A stretch of 64,000 nucleotides of DNA, taken from the IMG/VR virus record IMGVR_UViG_3300044611_000958; one strand, written 5' to 3'. Origin of the DNA: an uncultured virus (IMG/VR IMGVR_UViG_3300044611_000958) (lineage: Duplodnaviria > Heunggongvirae > Uroviricota > Caudoviricetes). The notes beneath the pieces were generated by a model. It worked only from the letters and a program-made list of their open reading frames with translations. It was not told the DNA's origin and ran no database searches. Positions 39,679-50,138 of this stretch are shown here, piece by piece. Position 1 is the stretch's first letter, and the number at the start of each line of letters is the position of its first letter. The position numbers and the translations under genes were made by a program.

Positions 39679-40009
39679 ATTCCTTGGTTTCCTTCTTAGG
39701 ATTCCACTTTGTCCAGCCGCCATCTGGCAACCAATTCTCTCCGTCTTTTCTCTTTGGAAATAGTCCACCGCCCTTTTTATGGACCCCGAATGCCAACTTT
39801 GCGCCACAGTCCATGCATCTCAATTCATAATAAAGATTGTCATCTACATTCCGAACGACAAATTTTAGATTTTCTGATTCGCATTTGCCGCAAGCGTTTT
39901 CGTCAAACACTTCTTGAAACTTTGCAAGAGATTCAAATACATCCTTCTGTGACTCTCCCTCTATTTCTACTTTCAGTCTATTGTTTTTTGTAGTATATGT
40001 TACTTTCAT
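39677..40009 (-). CDS. Zn-ribbon protein coupled to the annealing protein
   Basis: CGKC...CMDC; start refined to ATG 40009 (ATGA overlap, SD GGAG). Confidence 0.6.
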   Translation of the reverse strand: MKVTYTTKNNRLKVEIEGESQKDVFESLAKFQEVFDENACGKCESENLKFVVRNVDDNLYYELRCMDCGAKLAFGVHKKGGGLFPKRKDGENWLPDGGWTKWNPKKETKE

Positions 40010-40767
40010 GAACTTCTCCATTCTTCTTTATAGCCAGTAATTACTTTTGGAATAGAATTTTTATCACGCTGATAATTATTCAAAACATCAATGATTTCAC
40101 TTGCTACTTTCTTAGAAACCTTTTTATTGTGGTCTACGCCAAAGTTTTCTTTAAATAGCTTTTCACCATCTATGTTTAATTGCTTGCACTTGATATCAAT
40201 AAAGTTATACTGAGCATCGCTCATCCTACTTTGGTCATCGTAATCGCCAGTGCTACTTTCTTTAACTGATGATATTTGACGAACGATTTTGGCTGTATCC
40301 TTTTTGGTAAGCTCTTCTGCTGCAACGCCCTTAATCTTTAAAGCCTTACGCAACGCTCTAGCTTCTGCTCTAGTGCTAGCAATTGCTACGGCGTATGCAC
40401 AAAACATATCGTCAGTATTTCCTTCCCAAGAATCGGCAACTTCAGAATATGTTGAACCGTTAGCGAACTTTACAGTAAATACTACTGTCGCTCTACCGTG
40501 GTGATCGTCACGCTGTACCGGGAATACTTGGGTTGGACCACTAAATAGAATTTGACCAATAACAAGCTCGGCTACTCTTCTTAAGCCAGCAACTAGTGGG
40601 TGTCCATCCACTAATTCATCTTCATTGAATAAACTCATTGCATAATCGTGCCATTCTGCCGATAGCATGTGTGGCGCATCATTCAAGATTATATTTCTTG
40701 GTGACGTTTCAGTGTTGGATGGTGTTCTTAGTTCTTCAACATCGTCAAATAGATTATCCGTATTCAT
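40006..40767 (-). CDS. Rad52/Sak-like single-strand annealing protein
   Basis: 'ATVVFTV.F......SEVAD.......AVAIASTRAEARALRKAL.I...AAEE' resembles the Rad52/ERF-type SSAP core; C-terminal 'SDAQ..FI...AS.IID.L' helical motif. Confidence 0.65.
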   Translation of the reverse strand: MNTDNLFDDVEELRTPSNTETSPRNIILNDAPHMLSAEWHDYAMSLFNEDELVDGHPLVAGLRRVAELVIGQILFSGPTQVFPVQRDDHHGRATVVFTVKFANGSTYSEVADSWEGNTDDMFCAYAVAIASTRAEARALRKALKIKGVAAEELTKKDTAKIVRQISSVKESSTGDYDDQSRMSDAQYNFIDIKCKQLNIDGEKLFKENFGVDHNKKVSKKVASEIIDVLNNYQRDKNSIPKVITGYKEEWRSS

Positions 40768-40775
40768 TGCAACTC

Positions 40776-41543
40776 CTATATTTCTATTTCAATATAACGC
40801 TTAGACTTATCTGGATACTTTTCTTTAATATTTTCAAGAATAGACAAAATCTTAGTTTTTAATTCTTCCTGTTTAACCAGAGATAAAGAATCGGACAGAT
40901 TCTTAACTCTGATGATTATAAAACCTTTACTTAATATTAAGCCTGTTTTATTTTGATCTGCCTTTATTTGTTTTTGTAGCTTTTCTTCTCCCCATATTGG
41001 CAAGAAATGAGAAGGACCGTCTATCTCTATTATAGCCTTGAGGTCTGGAAAGTACATATCGATTTCTAGATTTTCATTTACCAACAAGTTCTTTTTATGT
41101 ATTTCTAATTTATAGCCAAGTTTTTGGAATTCATTAGACAAAAATTTTTCTAACTTGGAGCCTTCTTTTCCAGCTTTTCTTATTGCCTCAATGGCCGCAG
41201 AAGACATAGCTTCTTTTTTAGAGAGAGGAATATTTGCCCACCTTTCTTTTGCTGCGGCAATGCATTTTTCATATTCTTCTTGGTTAAGGTTTGCCCACCT
41301 TTTATGTAACGCCTTACTAATTTTTAGCTTTTCTTCCTTTGTTCTAGACTTACCAACAGTTGGTATTTTTGCTCTGCCATTTTTTAGAGCATTGGCTTGG
41401 GCTTCGCTTTTGTTTAATATCTTTACTTTATTCTTTATAAGAATTCTTCTTATTTTGTTGGGATATGTTTTCAATATCTCAGCAATTTCTTTCATACTTT
41501 TATTTTCTTTTACATATAGGTCTATTATATATTTTTCATTCAT
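40776..41543 (-). CDS. HTH + NUMOD-like + PD-(D/E)xK (Vsr/DUF559-like) endonuclease
   Basis: 'SKLEK', 'LEIDMYFP...IIEIDGPSHF' nuclease motifs; 'GKSRTKEEKLKISKA' NUMOD3-like repeat. Confidence 0.7.
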   Translation of the reverse strand: MNEKYIIDLYVKENKSMKEIAEILKTYPNKIRRILIKNKVKILNKSEAQANALKNGRAKIPTVGKSRTKEEKLKISKALHKRWANLNQEEYEKCIAAAKERWANIPLSKKEAMSSAAIEAIRKAGKEGSKLEKFLSNEFQKLGYKLEIHKKNLLVNENLEIDMYFPDLKAIIEIDGPSHFLPIWGEEKLQKQIKADQNKTGLILSKGFIIIRVKNLSDSLSLVKQEELKTKILSILENIKEKYPDKSKRYIEIEI

Positions 41544-41982
41544 TGTTAATATTCCTTATGACATCTAGTATATTATTATTATATACGATTGCGTGTTTAC
41601 CCGTTACTCTGTAAAAGTTTTTGTTTTGATTGTCATCCATAACAATATAAGCTACTTTATCATCTTTGTTTTTTAAATTAAAATAGTCTAATACGCTAAG
41701 CTGATCACACAAAACATATAGTTTTATATCATTAACAACCGACTGCGCCATCATGGTAGCGTCTAAATTATAGCATATCAAATGTCCACTAAAGTCAGCC
41801 AAGTTAGAAGAATTAAAAAACCCACACTTAATTTGACTATTTATTTTACCCACCCTGTTAAAAAATATACTGAAATCTAATACTTTGTCTCTTTTTGACT
41901 CTATTTCATTATAGACTCTGTTAATTAATTCTTTATCTTTATCTAAATCGTCTACAAACAAACCGACATTAATTTTATTCAT
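41536..41982 (-). CDS. hypothetical protein (possible GT-associated Rossmann domain)
   Basis: 148-aa alpha/beta ORF at the end of the glyco cluster. Confidence 0.4.
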   Translation of the reverse strand: MNKINVGLFVDDLDKDKELINRVYNEIESKRDKVLDFSIFFNRVGKINSQIKCGFFNSSNLADFSGHLICYNLDATMMAQSVVNDIKLYVLCDQLSVLDYFNLKNKDDKVAYIVMDDNQNKNFYRVTGKHAIVYNNNILDVIRNINNE

Positions 41983-42729
41983 TTAACAAGCTCCTATTTT
42001 TAATACATTATATTTTAAGCATAGATTTACATAAAAATAAAATCTTTCTAAACCATGCCCAACTTCGCCATCTTTTCTATATCCCGTTTCGAAAAAATTG
42101 TCATGTATACAACTCAAGGCTAACTTTAAAATAGACTTCTTAATACAGAACATATTTCCCGCAGTAAAATCAAAGTTTAAGTGATCATCTTCCATTAAGC
42201 CAGTGTCTTGAAACAAAATTTGTTGCAATTCTCTAACCCACACAAGAGTTTGTTTTGATCTAATGTTAACAATTTTATTGTGTTTTGGTAAATCGTCGCT
42301 TTGTTTGATTAATTCGCTCTCATTTAATATTTTAAGCTGATAAGTAGGCTTATCTGATACAACAATCCCAATTTTATTACTTAAATAACCCGGATCAAAA
42401 GAGCAAAATGGATTTATTAAATCATCTATCCAGTTTAATTTGCTAATATGTTTATCATGAAAGTAAAAAACCCAATCATTTAGATCATCTTCATATTTAG
42501 TAAATATTTTATAAAGACCATATTGGTCGTTACCTCTGTTTTCTTCTTCATTTATAATAATATTGTTATAATAATTTTTAGCATAATTAATTATATTTTG
42601 GTTGGATATAGAATCTTTTACTAATGAAAGATATAGGGTGTCATTTTTATAAAACTTGGAAACCTTATCCAATAGATATATGGAAGGCTCTTCGTAAAAT
42701 AAATGTAGTATTAAGGATGAGTCGTTCAT
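41983..42729 (-). CDS. RgpF (rhamnan synthesis F)-like glycosyltransferase
   Basis: Motifs 'HLFY', 'NRGND', 'FHDK', 'F.AGNMF', 'DG...HGLERF' follow the RgpF family pattern. Confidence 0.7.
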   Translation of the reverse strand: MNDSSLILHLFYEEPSIYLLDKVSKFYKNDTLYLSLVKDSISNQNIINYAKNYYNNIIINEEENRGNDQYGLYKIFTKYEDDLNDWVFYFHDKHISKLNWIDDLINPFCSFDPGYLSNKIGIVVSDKPTYQLKILNESELIKQSDDLPKHNKIVNIRSKQTLVWVRELQQILFQDTGLMEDDHLNFDFTAGNMFCIKKSILKLALSCIHDNFFETGYRKDGEVGHGLERFYFYVNLCLKYNVLKIGAC

Positions 42730-43397
42730 AATAAAGACATCGCGCCCGTATTGAAGCTTCCATGAAAACCAAAAGAATTATATGTACTTATATCTTCTTT
42801 GACAAATGGATGGCATGGCAATGGATATTCTATTGAGAAATTAGCTGCTAATTTTGCGCTTGGGAATTTTATATCATTCTCTAACATATATTCATAGTTT
42901 TCGTAACATAAAAACCAATCTTCTGGAGTTATATCACGATATTGTTTTTGCCAATCGTATAGCCATTCGCAATCCTGTGGGTTATAACGTAATTTGCTAG
43001 ATGCTTCAAGGAATTTTCTACTACGTAAAGAGAAGCCGCCATTTCCAACTCTGTTTTTGCTAAACGCATGATCCCATGGCGCCCCAATATAATCATAATT
43101 TAAGAAGTCATCTGTCCAGAGGTTATGATTAATAATAAAACCATCCCACTGAACCAGTAAGCAAAACTCCGTTTCGACTAATTCATGTAGATGATTTATA
43201 CAAATCCTATTATAACCATCTAAATTCTTAACTAGATCATGATTAATATGCTTGTAATTATTAGACTTCTGTACATTAGATATAATACTAACATCTCCAA
43301 AAGTAATTTTACTACAAGAAAAATCTACAGCTTTTAATGTTTCTTCATACTTTTTTTCATCCGTTATAGTAAGAAGCGTTACTTGTGGTAAGTTCAT
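42726..43397 (-). CDS. DUF5672-like GT-A glycosyltransferase
   Basis: 'LVQWDGFI', 'YDYIGAPW', 'VGNGGFSLRS', 'PED.F', 'FGFH' motifs. Confidence 0.8.
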   Translation of the reverse strand: MNLPQVTLLTITDEKKYEETLKAVDFSCSKITFGDVSIISNVQKSNNYKHINHDLVKNLDGYNRICINHLHELVETEFCLLVQWDGFIINHNLWTDDFLNYDYIGAPWDHAFSKNRVGNGGFSLRSRKFLEASSKLRYNPQDCEWLYDWQKQYRDITPEDWFLCYENYEYMLENDIKFPSAKLAANFSIEYPLPCHPFVKEDISTYNSFGFHGSFNTGAMSLL

Positions 43398-44239
43398 GTT
43401 TTTGGTATTTGAGAAAGTATGGACTTTGCTCTATTTATAGATGTGTGCTTATTTGTTAATATGTCGCGTAATTTTGTAAAATCTTGCAGCTTGTTCTCAC
43501 TATTATAATCTAAATCAAGATTATCAACATCAAACAGTTTAGACAAAGCCAATTTTGTTTCGTCGCCATTAGGTATAAAATACGCTTTTGCTCCAGCACC
43601 TATTACATCAAAGAAGGATTGTGGAATATTTTCTTCTAAGCCCACAAATATAATTTCTTCATAAGATCTATATAGTGGGATAATACTTCTTTCTGGTCTA
43701 AAAATATCTACATTTGCCTGAGTATCTATACTTGTAATAATGTGAAATTTATCGTTTGCGCTAGAGAATTTTGTTATATCTTCATATGTTGCACTTTTTG
43801 ATAAAAATAAAGCCTTAGTAAATTTAAACAAACTCTTGGGTTGACTATTAATTAATCCTATATCAGCACCGTTAGATATTCTAACAAATGGGATATTTCT
43901 TGTCAAGACGGGTTTGGTGCTGTTAAACATAAAAACACAGTTGATATTTCTATCTTCTAATATTTGCTCTACCTCTATTATATTTTTTAGCAATGCGTTC
44001 CCAGTATGAAGTATAAACTTAATATGAGGATTGTCTTGCAAATAATCTATCACGCCTCTAGATAATGCGTTTAATGACGAAATTATAATATCTGGCTTAA
44101 ATCTATCCCCATAATCATATATAGCGTCTCTAGGTGAAATAAGTATGGATTCATGTTCTTCATATTGATTTAATTCGTGCGATAGATACGCAGCTTCTGT
44201 AGATTCGTTAATTTCAAAATCTGTAACTAAAAATTTCAT
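43394..44239 (-). CDS. divergent GT-B-like protein
   Basis: Two-Rossmann layout with 'KPDIII' and C-terminal 'ILTNKHT..NRAKSIL' as in CgeB-like GTs; catalytic motifs look degenerate. Confidence 0.4.
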   Translation of the reverse strand: MKFLVTDFEINESTEAAYLSHELNQYEEHESILISPRDAIYDYGDRFKPDIIISSLNALSRGVIDYLQDNPHIKFILHTGNALLKNIIEVEQILEDRNINCVFMFNSTKPVLTRNIPFVRISNGADIGLINSQPKSLFKFTKALFLSKSATYEDITKFSSANDKFHIITSIDTQANVDIFRPERSIIPLYRSYEEIIFVGLEENIPQSFFDVIGAGAKAYFIPNGDETKLALSKLFDVDNLDLDYNSENKLQDFTKLRDILTNKHTSINRAKSILSQIPKT

Positions 44240-44985
44240 TCCTCTTCTCCCTTTTGATCACTATATGTTTTAGGATTATCTATTTTAATAATTTCGTCTT
44301 TAATCATTGTATAATCAACGTTTATTTTTCTAGATATCATTTCATTAATTAGTTCAAACCACATCTTTTTCTTGTATGATTCTTGTAGTAATATCTTTTT
44401 CATGGTAGATATTACATTTTTATTATTAATCCACATCATGTCTAGCCAAGAATTTTTTGCACAAAACGACATATATTCTACTTGATTCTTTTCATTTATG
44501 TTTATTCCTATTTCTGATCTCTTATTTTCTTCAGAAATATATAACATAACTCCTGACTTTTGTAATGGTTTGATTTTTTTAGGCAAAGTTAATGCATTGA
44601 TTAACAATATATTAGAATTTGAGGTATTATTTAAACACAGTCTAAGCGACTCACAGGCGTTTGTTGAGTTATGGATTTGATTTTCTACTATTCTTATATT
44701 TGTATTATAATATTTAGTTTGTACATATTTGATAATTTTTTCTGATTCTGGCCCAACACACATTATTATATCTGCATTGGCAAAATGCGCATTTATAAAT
44801 GCTATATGATAATCTAATATTTTAATATTTTCTTTTAAGCTAAATAGAGCTATAGGTCCATAAGACTTCATTCTATTTATAGTAGAGTCATACAATAGCA
44901 CAACAGATGTTGGCTCTTGAATTTTTGAATAAAGTTTTTTTACTGTTTTATTTGTTTTAACTGATGTTATACAATTTTTTTTCAT
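44236..44985 (-). CDS. nucleotidyltransferase-like protein (degenerate)
   Basis: 'RMKSYGP..L...ILDYHI...IIMCVG....I...NIRIVEN.....N..ESL' resembles LicC/NTP_transf_3, but lacks the LAAG-GxR glycines. Confidence 0.55.
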   Translation of the reverse strand: MKKNCITSVKTNKTVKKLYSKIQEPTSVVLLYDSTINRMKSYGPIALFSLKENIKILDYHIAFINAHFANADIIMCVGPESEKIIKYVQTKYYNTNIRIVENQIHNSTNACESLRLCLNNTSNSNILLINALTLPKKIKPLQKSGVMLYISEENKRSEIGININEKNQVEYMSFCAKNSWLDMMWINNKNVISTMKKILLQESYKKKMWFELINEMISRKINVDYTMIKDEIIKIDNPKTYSDQKGEEE

Positions 44986-45410
44986 GAGATTCTTGATAAT
45001 ATTAGTTTATAAATAAATCCTTGTCTATCTAGAGACACCATATTTAAGCCAAACTGTCTAGCAATACTTAAAATAGATTTTACAGACGTAACAGACTTAT
45101 TATTATATATAAGCTTATTAACATATTCTTCATCTATTAAATTTATTCTGTGTTGCTCCATTATAAAGTTAAGATCGATTCCTTTAAAAAGGATGGTTCC
45201 ATTTAATCTTAATTTAGTAAAAATTGTTTGGGCGGCTTCTAAAAACTGTTCATATGCAATGTTCTCAAAAACTTCTTCACAAATTATTTCCTCGCAGGAA
45301 TGATTTGTAATATCGTTAAGATCTTCTAGCGTGTTTTCTTTAACCTTTAAGATTCTATATTCTGGTGGAACATCCTTAAGATTATCTCTGCTGGTTAGTA
45401 TTAGTTTCAT
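44982..45410 (-). CDS. degenerate class I SAM-methyltransferase-like protein
   Basis: 'SCEEI....VFENI......L..I..KLRLNGTI' resembles MTase motifs IV-VI; no GxGxG motif I. Confidence 0.4.
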   Translation of the reverse strand: MKLILTSRDNLKDVPPEYRILKVKENTLEDLNDITNHSCEEIICEEVFENIAYEQFLEAAQTIFTKLRLNGTILFKGIDLNFIMEQHRINLIDEEYVNKLIYNNKSVTSVKSILSIARQFGLNMVSLDRQGFIYKLILSRIS

Positions 45411-46534
45411 GCTTTCTCCTTTGTAAGTTCTTCAATCATAATTTTGGCTACGTTGTCATAGTTATATTCAGATGCTCTGCTTAATCCATCTTGTCTATTT
45501 ATATTATTTCTATTTTCATAATAATATCTCATAGCTGCCTTGGTGTCCCTTTCGCTGGGAACAAACCAATGCTCTCTCCCTGTAAATATCGTTGGGAAAG
45601 CTGGATCTGAGTGGTTGCAAATGGAATAAACTCCATCAATTAAAGTTCCAGTATTTTTATTGTTTGTATCTATAAAGTCCTTAGTTCCACCATCATTGCT
45701 ACATATTGGAGTATTACCAAAGCACATTGATTCAAAAGACGGTATAGACCATCCTTCTCCGTGTGATATATTAATAAAACAATCGCATGTCGCATGAAGT
45801 GATAAAATTTCATTCTCCGAAAAGAAATCAGTTAGAAAATATTCTGGACAAAACTCACTTGCGTTTCTCCATATTCTTAAAGATTTCTTGATATCGTTAG
45901 ATCTAGACATTAAGTTTTCTTTTAGCTGTCTAGAATCTATACCATGCTTGCTTCCTTTTATTACCAGCGCAACGTTTTCGTCATTATGAAACTCGCTGTG
46001 ATAACATCTTATTATACTGTCAATATTTTTTCTATCATTAATATCTCCTATATAATAAAACTTAAATGCGTCTCTTGAGGCTGGAAACAAGATATTCTTA
46101 TAAGAATCTTTGTTATAATTTGATAAATTAAAAGCATATGGTACAACCTTTACGTTGTTTACCCCATCGTTTAAAAGAACCGCTTTATTGGATTGACTTG
46201 GAACCCATACCTCTTGAGCTTCCTGTAATATTGATAGCCATCCAGAGTATTTTACCGTATCGGTTTCACCAACAAAGCATAAAATATTCTTTTTAAATTT
46301 TTCACTTTGGCTAAAACAATGTGGCAACACATGCTGTATACAATAGTCTATATTTTCTATAGGCTTATTTTCTAGTTCTAGTATTCTTTCTGGAACTGGA
46401 TTATTTTTATTTGTAAGAGGAATGTTTCTACAAACAACATTAACATTGGCGCTATCAAGGGCTAAAATATAATCTATAGCCGCTCTAGCCCATCCGGTTC
46501 CCTCTTTATAATGTCCTACATATAATATGTTCAT
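45407..46534 (-). CDS. GT4-family glycosyltransferase
   Basis: 'RKNID', 'DCFINISHGEGWSIPSFESMCFG.TPI' (Ex7E motif). Confidence 0.85.
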   Translation of the reverse strand: MNILYVGHYKEGTGWARAAIDYILALDSANVNVVCRNIPLTNKNNPVPERILELENKPIENIDYCIQHVLPHCFSQSEKFKKNILCFVGETDTVKYSGWLSILQEAQEVWVPSQSNKAVLLNDGVNNVKVVPYAFNLSNYNKDSYKNILFPASRDAFKFYYIGDINDRKNIDSIIRCYHSEFHNDENVALVIKGSKHGIDSRQLKENLMSRSNDIKKSLRIWRNASEFCPEYFLTDFFSENEILSLHATCDCFINISHGEGWSIPSFESMCFGNTPICSNDGGTKDFIDTNNKNTGTLIDGVYSICNHSDPAFPTIFTGREHWFVPSERDTKAAMRYYYENRNNINRQDGLSRASEYNYDNVAKIMIEELTKEKA

Positions 46535-48201
46535 TTACTTTGCCCCAATTGTTGAATTGTTTTTAGTCTTTCCTGCTCCCAAAAATTATTCTTTTCGCAC
46601 AATCTATAAAAATGATCATAAGCAATATCAAAGTTAAAAGATTGAACTGGTTTTTGTTCAAACATGGAAGCGTCTTCATTATAATACATTCCACCGGTTA
46701 CGCCCGTAGAACAACTGTATAGTAAATCTTTCATTAGTCTAAGATGCATATAAGAATTTAGTTTAGATGGATCTTTCAAAACATTTACTATAAGCCATTC
46801 TGCCAATTGGTCTGGCATAACTTGTTGCCAATTTCTAATTTTAGGCTCTGGTTGATTTATGTTTGGCCTAGAATTAAACCATGGATTATAAGTATCAGAC
46901 ACTTCAACGCTGTCGAAGTACGATTCCCACACAGAACCAGATTTATCCCATTGAAAATGTTTCATAAAGTTATTTCTATGGGTATCGCCAACTTGTTTTC
47001 TTTCCTCGTCTGACAAGTCAAAGAAATCCTTTAGTAGCTTTGCTGCTAATTCATTGTCAGGAACGGCTCTCATGCATCCAGTTTCCATTTCTTTATACAA
47101 AGCTTTTGGTTTTACGGGTATTCCTCCAAGCTGTCTAATTACGCTTTCCATAGCCGAATAATCAGTAGCCATAACTGGCACACCGCAAGCGGCGGCTTCT
47201 ACTTGTGGCAAACCAAAGCCTTCACAGTTAGCATATTGTACATATATATCAAACATATTTATAATAGAGGATAGATCTTCATAAGATAAGCCTACCCTAA
47301 CGTTCGACAGAGTGGCGTTGAATTTACCGGTATACGGAGACTCTACCACCGGCCCCTTAAAAAATGAGGGAAATGGCTTCATCGTGTCGCCACAAACGTA
47401 TGTAAACATAACCTTTGAAGATAGATTATATTGCTGTAATAATTCTGGTATATCCCAACCCATGTCTGGATAACTAGTATGGCAATATAGTATATAATTA
47501 TTATTATCAGTTTGATTATTCAAAAATGTCCTAAACATTTCAAATAAATCTGGATATAATTTTCTTCTTTGATTTCTCATGACGGTACCAATGATTCTGG
47601 TATTTGCGTCAATATTAAAATATTCTTTTATACCATTTTTATCATTATGTGGCTTGTAAGCATGATGAGCGGACGGTGGAGCGGAACCTATATAATTAAT
47701 TTTACCGCCACCTTGATCCTTCAATACTTCGCCAGCCCAATCAGAATATGTCAAGCAGGCGTCAGCGCCCTTGTAGGAATAAATCCACTGTCTTGCTTGT
47801 GGGGCGGCATCTACAGTTGGCATGATGCACCATTTAAAATACTTTCTGAACGGAGATCTTTCGGCAAAATCCAACATCCAAAAGTCTCTAATATCACAAA
47901 CAATATCTGGGAAAAAATTTAGACAGACTCTCTCAAAAGCATATTCTCCAAACTGATTGCTTGGAACGGAAGAATATTCTCTTATGAGATCTTGCGGCGC
48001 ATCCTTTGGTAAACCCGCCCCGAAAAATCTCCATGGGATATTTTTAGCTCTTGGGTCATTCGGCTCTGCATAGCTAGCCAATTCTGCTAATTCGTACTTT
48101 TGTGTACTATAAAGATAATTAAGTATTTCTCTAGTATATGTTGCGTATCCGGTATTTAAAAACGTGGCTTCACTACAAAATAAAATTCTTTTTTTTCTCA
48201 T
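46531..48201 (-). CDS. GT4-family glycosyltransferase with C-terminal extension
   Basis: 'TGYA', 'RNQRRK', 'EGFGLPQVEAAACGVPV'; start refined to ATG 48201 (ATGA overlap). Confidence 0.85.
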   Translation of the reverse strand: MRKKRILFCSEATFLNTGYATYTREILNYLYSTQKYELAELASYAEPNDPRAKNIPWRFFGAGLPKDAPQDLIREYSSVPSNQFGEYAFERVCLNFFPDIVCDIRDFWMLDFAERSPFRKYFKWCIMPTVDAAPQARQWIYSYKGADACLTYSDWAGEVLKDQGGGKINYIGSAPPSAHHAYKPHNDKNGIKEYFNIDANTRIIGTVMRNQRRKLYPDLFEMFRTFLNNQTDNNNYILYCHTSYPDMGWDIPELLQQYNLSSKVMFTYVCGDTMKPFPSFFKGPVVESPYTGKFNATLSNVRVGLSYEDLSSIINMFDIYVQYANCEGFGLPQVEAAACGVPVMATDYSAMESVIRQLGGIPVKPKALYKEMETGCMRAVPDNELAAKLLKDFFDLSDEERKQVGDTHRNNFMKHFQWDKSGSVWESYFDSVEVSDTYNPWFNSRPNINQPEPKIRNWQQVMPDQLAEWLIVNVLKDPSKLNSYMHLRLMKDLLYSCSTGVTGGMYYNEDASMFEQKPVQSFNFDIAYDHFYRLCEKNNFWEQERLKTIQQLGQSK

Positions 48202-48521
48202 GCCCAATCCTCAAATTCGTTTTGTTGACAAATATCGAACTCATTAATTCTAAATACTATATCATCACTATCTTTAGAAATGTTTTTAGCAGAAGCATTA
48301 ATAGTAATTTTTGTGCCTTTTGTGGCAAACTTTTCTATAGTTTCGGCACCGGTATGCCAAGCTTCACAATTTAAATATGTGGGTATTCTACTTTTTTCGC
48401 CAGTGCTTTTTGTGCGTCTATATGTATAGACAACCACTGTGAATTCTGCCCGCACAACATCGTCTACCATCGACGTTCTTGGGTTCTCTATCAAATATCC
48501 AGTAAAACAGCAATTATTCAT
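48198..48521 (-). CDS. ssb: single-stranded DNA-binding protein
   Basis: 'MN...F.G.L...P', 'CEAW..GAE.I.KF..KG..I.I' OB-fold SSB pattern; short acidic tail. Confidence 0.8.
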   Translation of the reverse strand: MNNCCFTGYLIENPRTSMVDDVVRAEFTVVVYTYRRTKSTGEKSRIPTYLNCEAWHTGAETIEKFATKGTKITINASAKNISKDSDDIVFRINEFDICQQNEFEDWA

Positions 48522-48566
48522 CTTTTCTCCTTCTGTATGTTAGACAGTTTGTTTAAAAAAAACAAC

Positions 48567-50138
48567 CTAAATTTCATGGATTTTATCTACTATAAAAGAT
48601 GTGTCATTCTTTGAAACAGATCCACAAAAAATAAGATTATTTCCTTCATATAATATATATTTATATTTCTCCTTAACGGATGGAAAAATAATCACACTAT
48701 CCAACATGCAAGTTTCGTCTTCTATAGTAAGAAATGACATTAATTTGCCTTTGGATTCTCCCTTCGTTATTTTATAATCTGCTAGCCGCTGTATATTTCC
48801 AACAACGCATAGATCTTTACCTCTTTTTCCGTTTACTATCTCTTTGCAAGTAGTGTTTGCGGCAGAAGTGTCAGAGGTTTCTATTTTGGTTAATGTTATT
48901 GGGCATCCCAAAAATTTAATTTCTTGATCTATTATCCAGTTTGGATCGTCTATTAAATCATACGGAGGGTTGAGCAGTAGCTTAATTTCATTTTCTATTG
49001 TTTGTTTTCGTTCTAGCTTACTTGTGCCGCCGCCCTCTTTTTTAGTTGGAGCTAGCGCCAATAGGCATTCTGATAAGTCTTTCCAATCCTTATTAAAATT
49101 ACTTTGAACCCACTTTTGTTCGCTTGCGGTAAGTGTTCTATAGATTTCATAATCATATAAAGCTTTTGTCCTGCTAATAGATCCATCAAAATCTCTAAAA
49201 AATCCAATAGATGCTAATGCTTTAAATGCTGTGGAGTTTATATTAGGCGCAAAAAACACAAGCAATTCAATCCATGTAAACTTATCTATTTTTTTGCCTA
49301 GTTCTTTTTCTATAGACTCTATCGCCTCGACAACATGATCGCCGGTTTTTCCTGTAAGCGATTTTATATCTTTAAGTCCAAAATAAATTTTATGACCTTT
49401 AATATTAAATTTTGGCTTATAATTTTTAAGACTTGGTGTTTTAGCTTGTATATCAAATAGTTTAGCCTCCGAAATTAATTCATATATTTCTTGGTGAGGA
49501 TCTTGCTTTTCATTTGCGTAATATAGATATGATAAAAAGAAATTTTCTGGACTGTGAGCTTTTTCATAAGCGCTCCAATATGAACAAATTGCATAAGAAA
49601 CACTATGAGACTTATTAAAAGCATATCTTGAGGATTTTTCAATCCAGCTAAATATTTGCTCTGCCTCATCTTTACTTACCATCCCCACCTTCTCTGAGCC
49701 ACTTATAAATGTTTTCTTTACCTCTGCCATAAGGTCAGCTTTTTTCTTGCCGATGGCTTTACGCAACATGTCTGCTTCTTGTAAATTAAATCCGGCGACC
49801 TTTTGTGCAATTCGCATGGACTGTTCTTGATATACTAAAACACCATATGTTGGAGAAAGTATTTCTTCTAAGCATCCATGTAAATATGTAACTTCCTCTC
49901 TGCCGTGTTTTCTGTCTACATAGTGCTGTGTCATGCTTTTGCCGTCCACAAAAGCCTTTAATGTTCCGGGTCTAATAATTGCAATAAGGGCAGATAATTC
50001 TTCAATATTTTTTGGTGCTAATTTTTTTGCCCAAGATTTTCCTAAGTTGCTTTCTAGCTGAAATATGCCCTTAGTCTTGCCTTCTGCAAACATCTTCCAA
50101 GTAGCATCGTCGTTATAATCAGTTTGATATTTTGGCAT
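48567..50138 (-). CDS. dnaE: DNA polymerase III alpha, C-terminal half (fingers, HhH, OB)
   Basis: 'GIFQLES', 'IRPG', 'TYGVLVYQEQ', 'LRKAIGKKK', 'YAFNKSH', 'I.FGL..IK', OB 'G.LMSFLTIED'; start probably ATG 50138. Confidence 0.9.
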   Translation of the reverse strand: MPKYQTDYNDDATWKMFAEGKTKGIFQLESNLGKSWAKKLAPKNIEELSALIAIIRPGTLKAFVDGKSMTQHYVDRKHGREEVTYLHGCLEEILSPTYGVLVYQEQSMRIAQKVAGFNLQEADMLRKAIGKKKADLMAEVKKTFISGSEKVGMVSKDEAEQIFSWIEKSSRYAFNKSHSVSYAICSYWSAYEKAHSPENFFLSYLYYANEKQDPHQEIYELISEAKLFDIQAKTPSLKNYKPKFNIKGHKIYFGLKDIKSLTGKTGDHVVEAIESIEKELGKKIDKFTWIELLVFFAPNINSTAFKALASIGFFRDFDGSISRTKALYDYEIYRTLTASEQKWVQSNFNKDWKDLSECLLALAPTKKEGGGTSKLERKQTIENEIKLLLNPPYDLIDDPNWIIDQEIKFLGCPITLTKIETSDTSAANTTCKEIVNGKRGKDLCVVGNIQRLADYKITKGESKGKLMSFLTIEDETCMLDSVIIFPSVKEKYKYILYEGNNLIFCGSVSKNDTSFIVDKIHEI

